A stretch of 64,000 nt of DNA from the human T2T-CHM13v2.0 reference genome, Homo sapiens, in assembly GCF_009914755.1 (NCBI RefSeq), contig NC_060925.1, one strand, 5' to 3'. Made by a program: the position numbers and the translations under genes. Shown here piece by piece: positions 63,601-64,000 of the stretch; position 1 is the first letter of the stretch; every line of letters begins with the position of its first letter. The notes under the pieces were generated by a model that did not search any database, was not told the origin of the DNA, and was given only the letters and a program-made list of their open reading frames with translations.

Positions 63601-63924
63601 TAATGACCTAAATGCTCAACAGATAGGTGTTAATAAAGGGTAAATAGTATCACTTTCATGTTAACAGAGCCAGATCCCTGAAAGTGGGGGATGTGGGACA
63701 ACCAAGTTCCATGGGACAGGATAGCAGGGATCTGGAGAGGTGTGGGCTGTGGCATGCGTGAGATGAGCAGCAGACCTGGCTAGCATGTGCAGGTGCAGGG
63801 GCATGGGGCAGCAAATGCCAACCACCATGTAGTCCCTTGAGTGGGATGATACATAAACACCATTCACATCTATCTGTTCATTTACTCCCAAAGGCTGAGG
63901 ATGGCTGTAAGTGGGAGACAGAGC

Positions 63925-64000
63925 CAGCATTATTATCCCCATTTTACAGGTATGGAGACCAAGGTCCAGAAGAGGAAAGTAATCTGCCCAAGGTCACAGC
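63925..64000 (-). mobile_element. MIR (runs off window)
   Basis: attattatccccattttacagg...ctgcccaaggtcacagc. Confidence 0.75.

Overview
Primate genomic DNA (catarrhine, most likely human) that is non-coding, i.e. intergenic or deep intronic. It holds about 65 Alu-family elements (roughly a quarter of the window), solo LTRs (MER4-family, THE1, MLT1, MER41), DNA-transposon fossils (MER20, MER5, MER53, MER103) and decayed MIR, L2, L1M and CR1 fragments. I found no credible protein-coding gene, RNA gene, CpG island or CRISPR array. The ORFs in the supplied track are Alu translations, simple-repeat translations or chance ORFs. Repeat names come from recalled consensus sequences, not a database search, so subfamily calls and the edges of old elements are approximate. 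The most unusual structure is at 61.2 kb: a polyadenylated, TSD-flanked copy of the 3' end of a MER41 LTR transcript sits in antisense orientation inside the matching segment of a MER41 LTR, suggesting homology- or R-loop-guided (possibly cis) retrotransposition. Other leads: a strong 35-nt microexon candidate, a candidate promoter/first exon near 33.1-34.0 kb, two Alus at one target site, a (GAA)23 tract grown from a FAM tail, a ~300-nt purine-only tract with a 105-bp duplication, and several enhancer-like islands.
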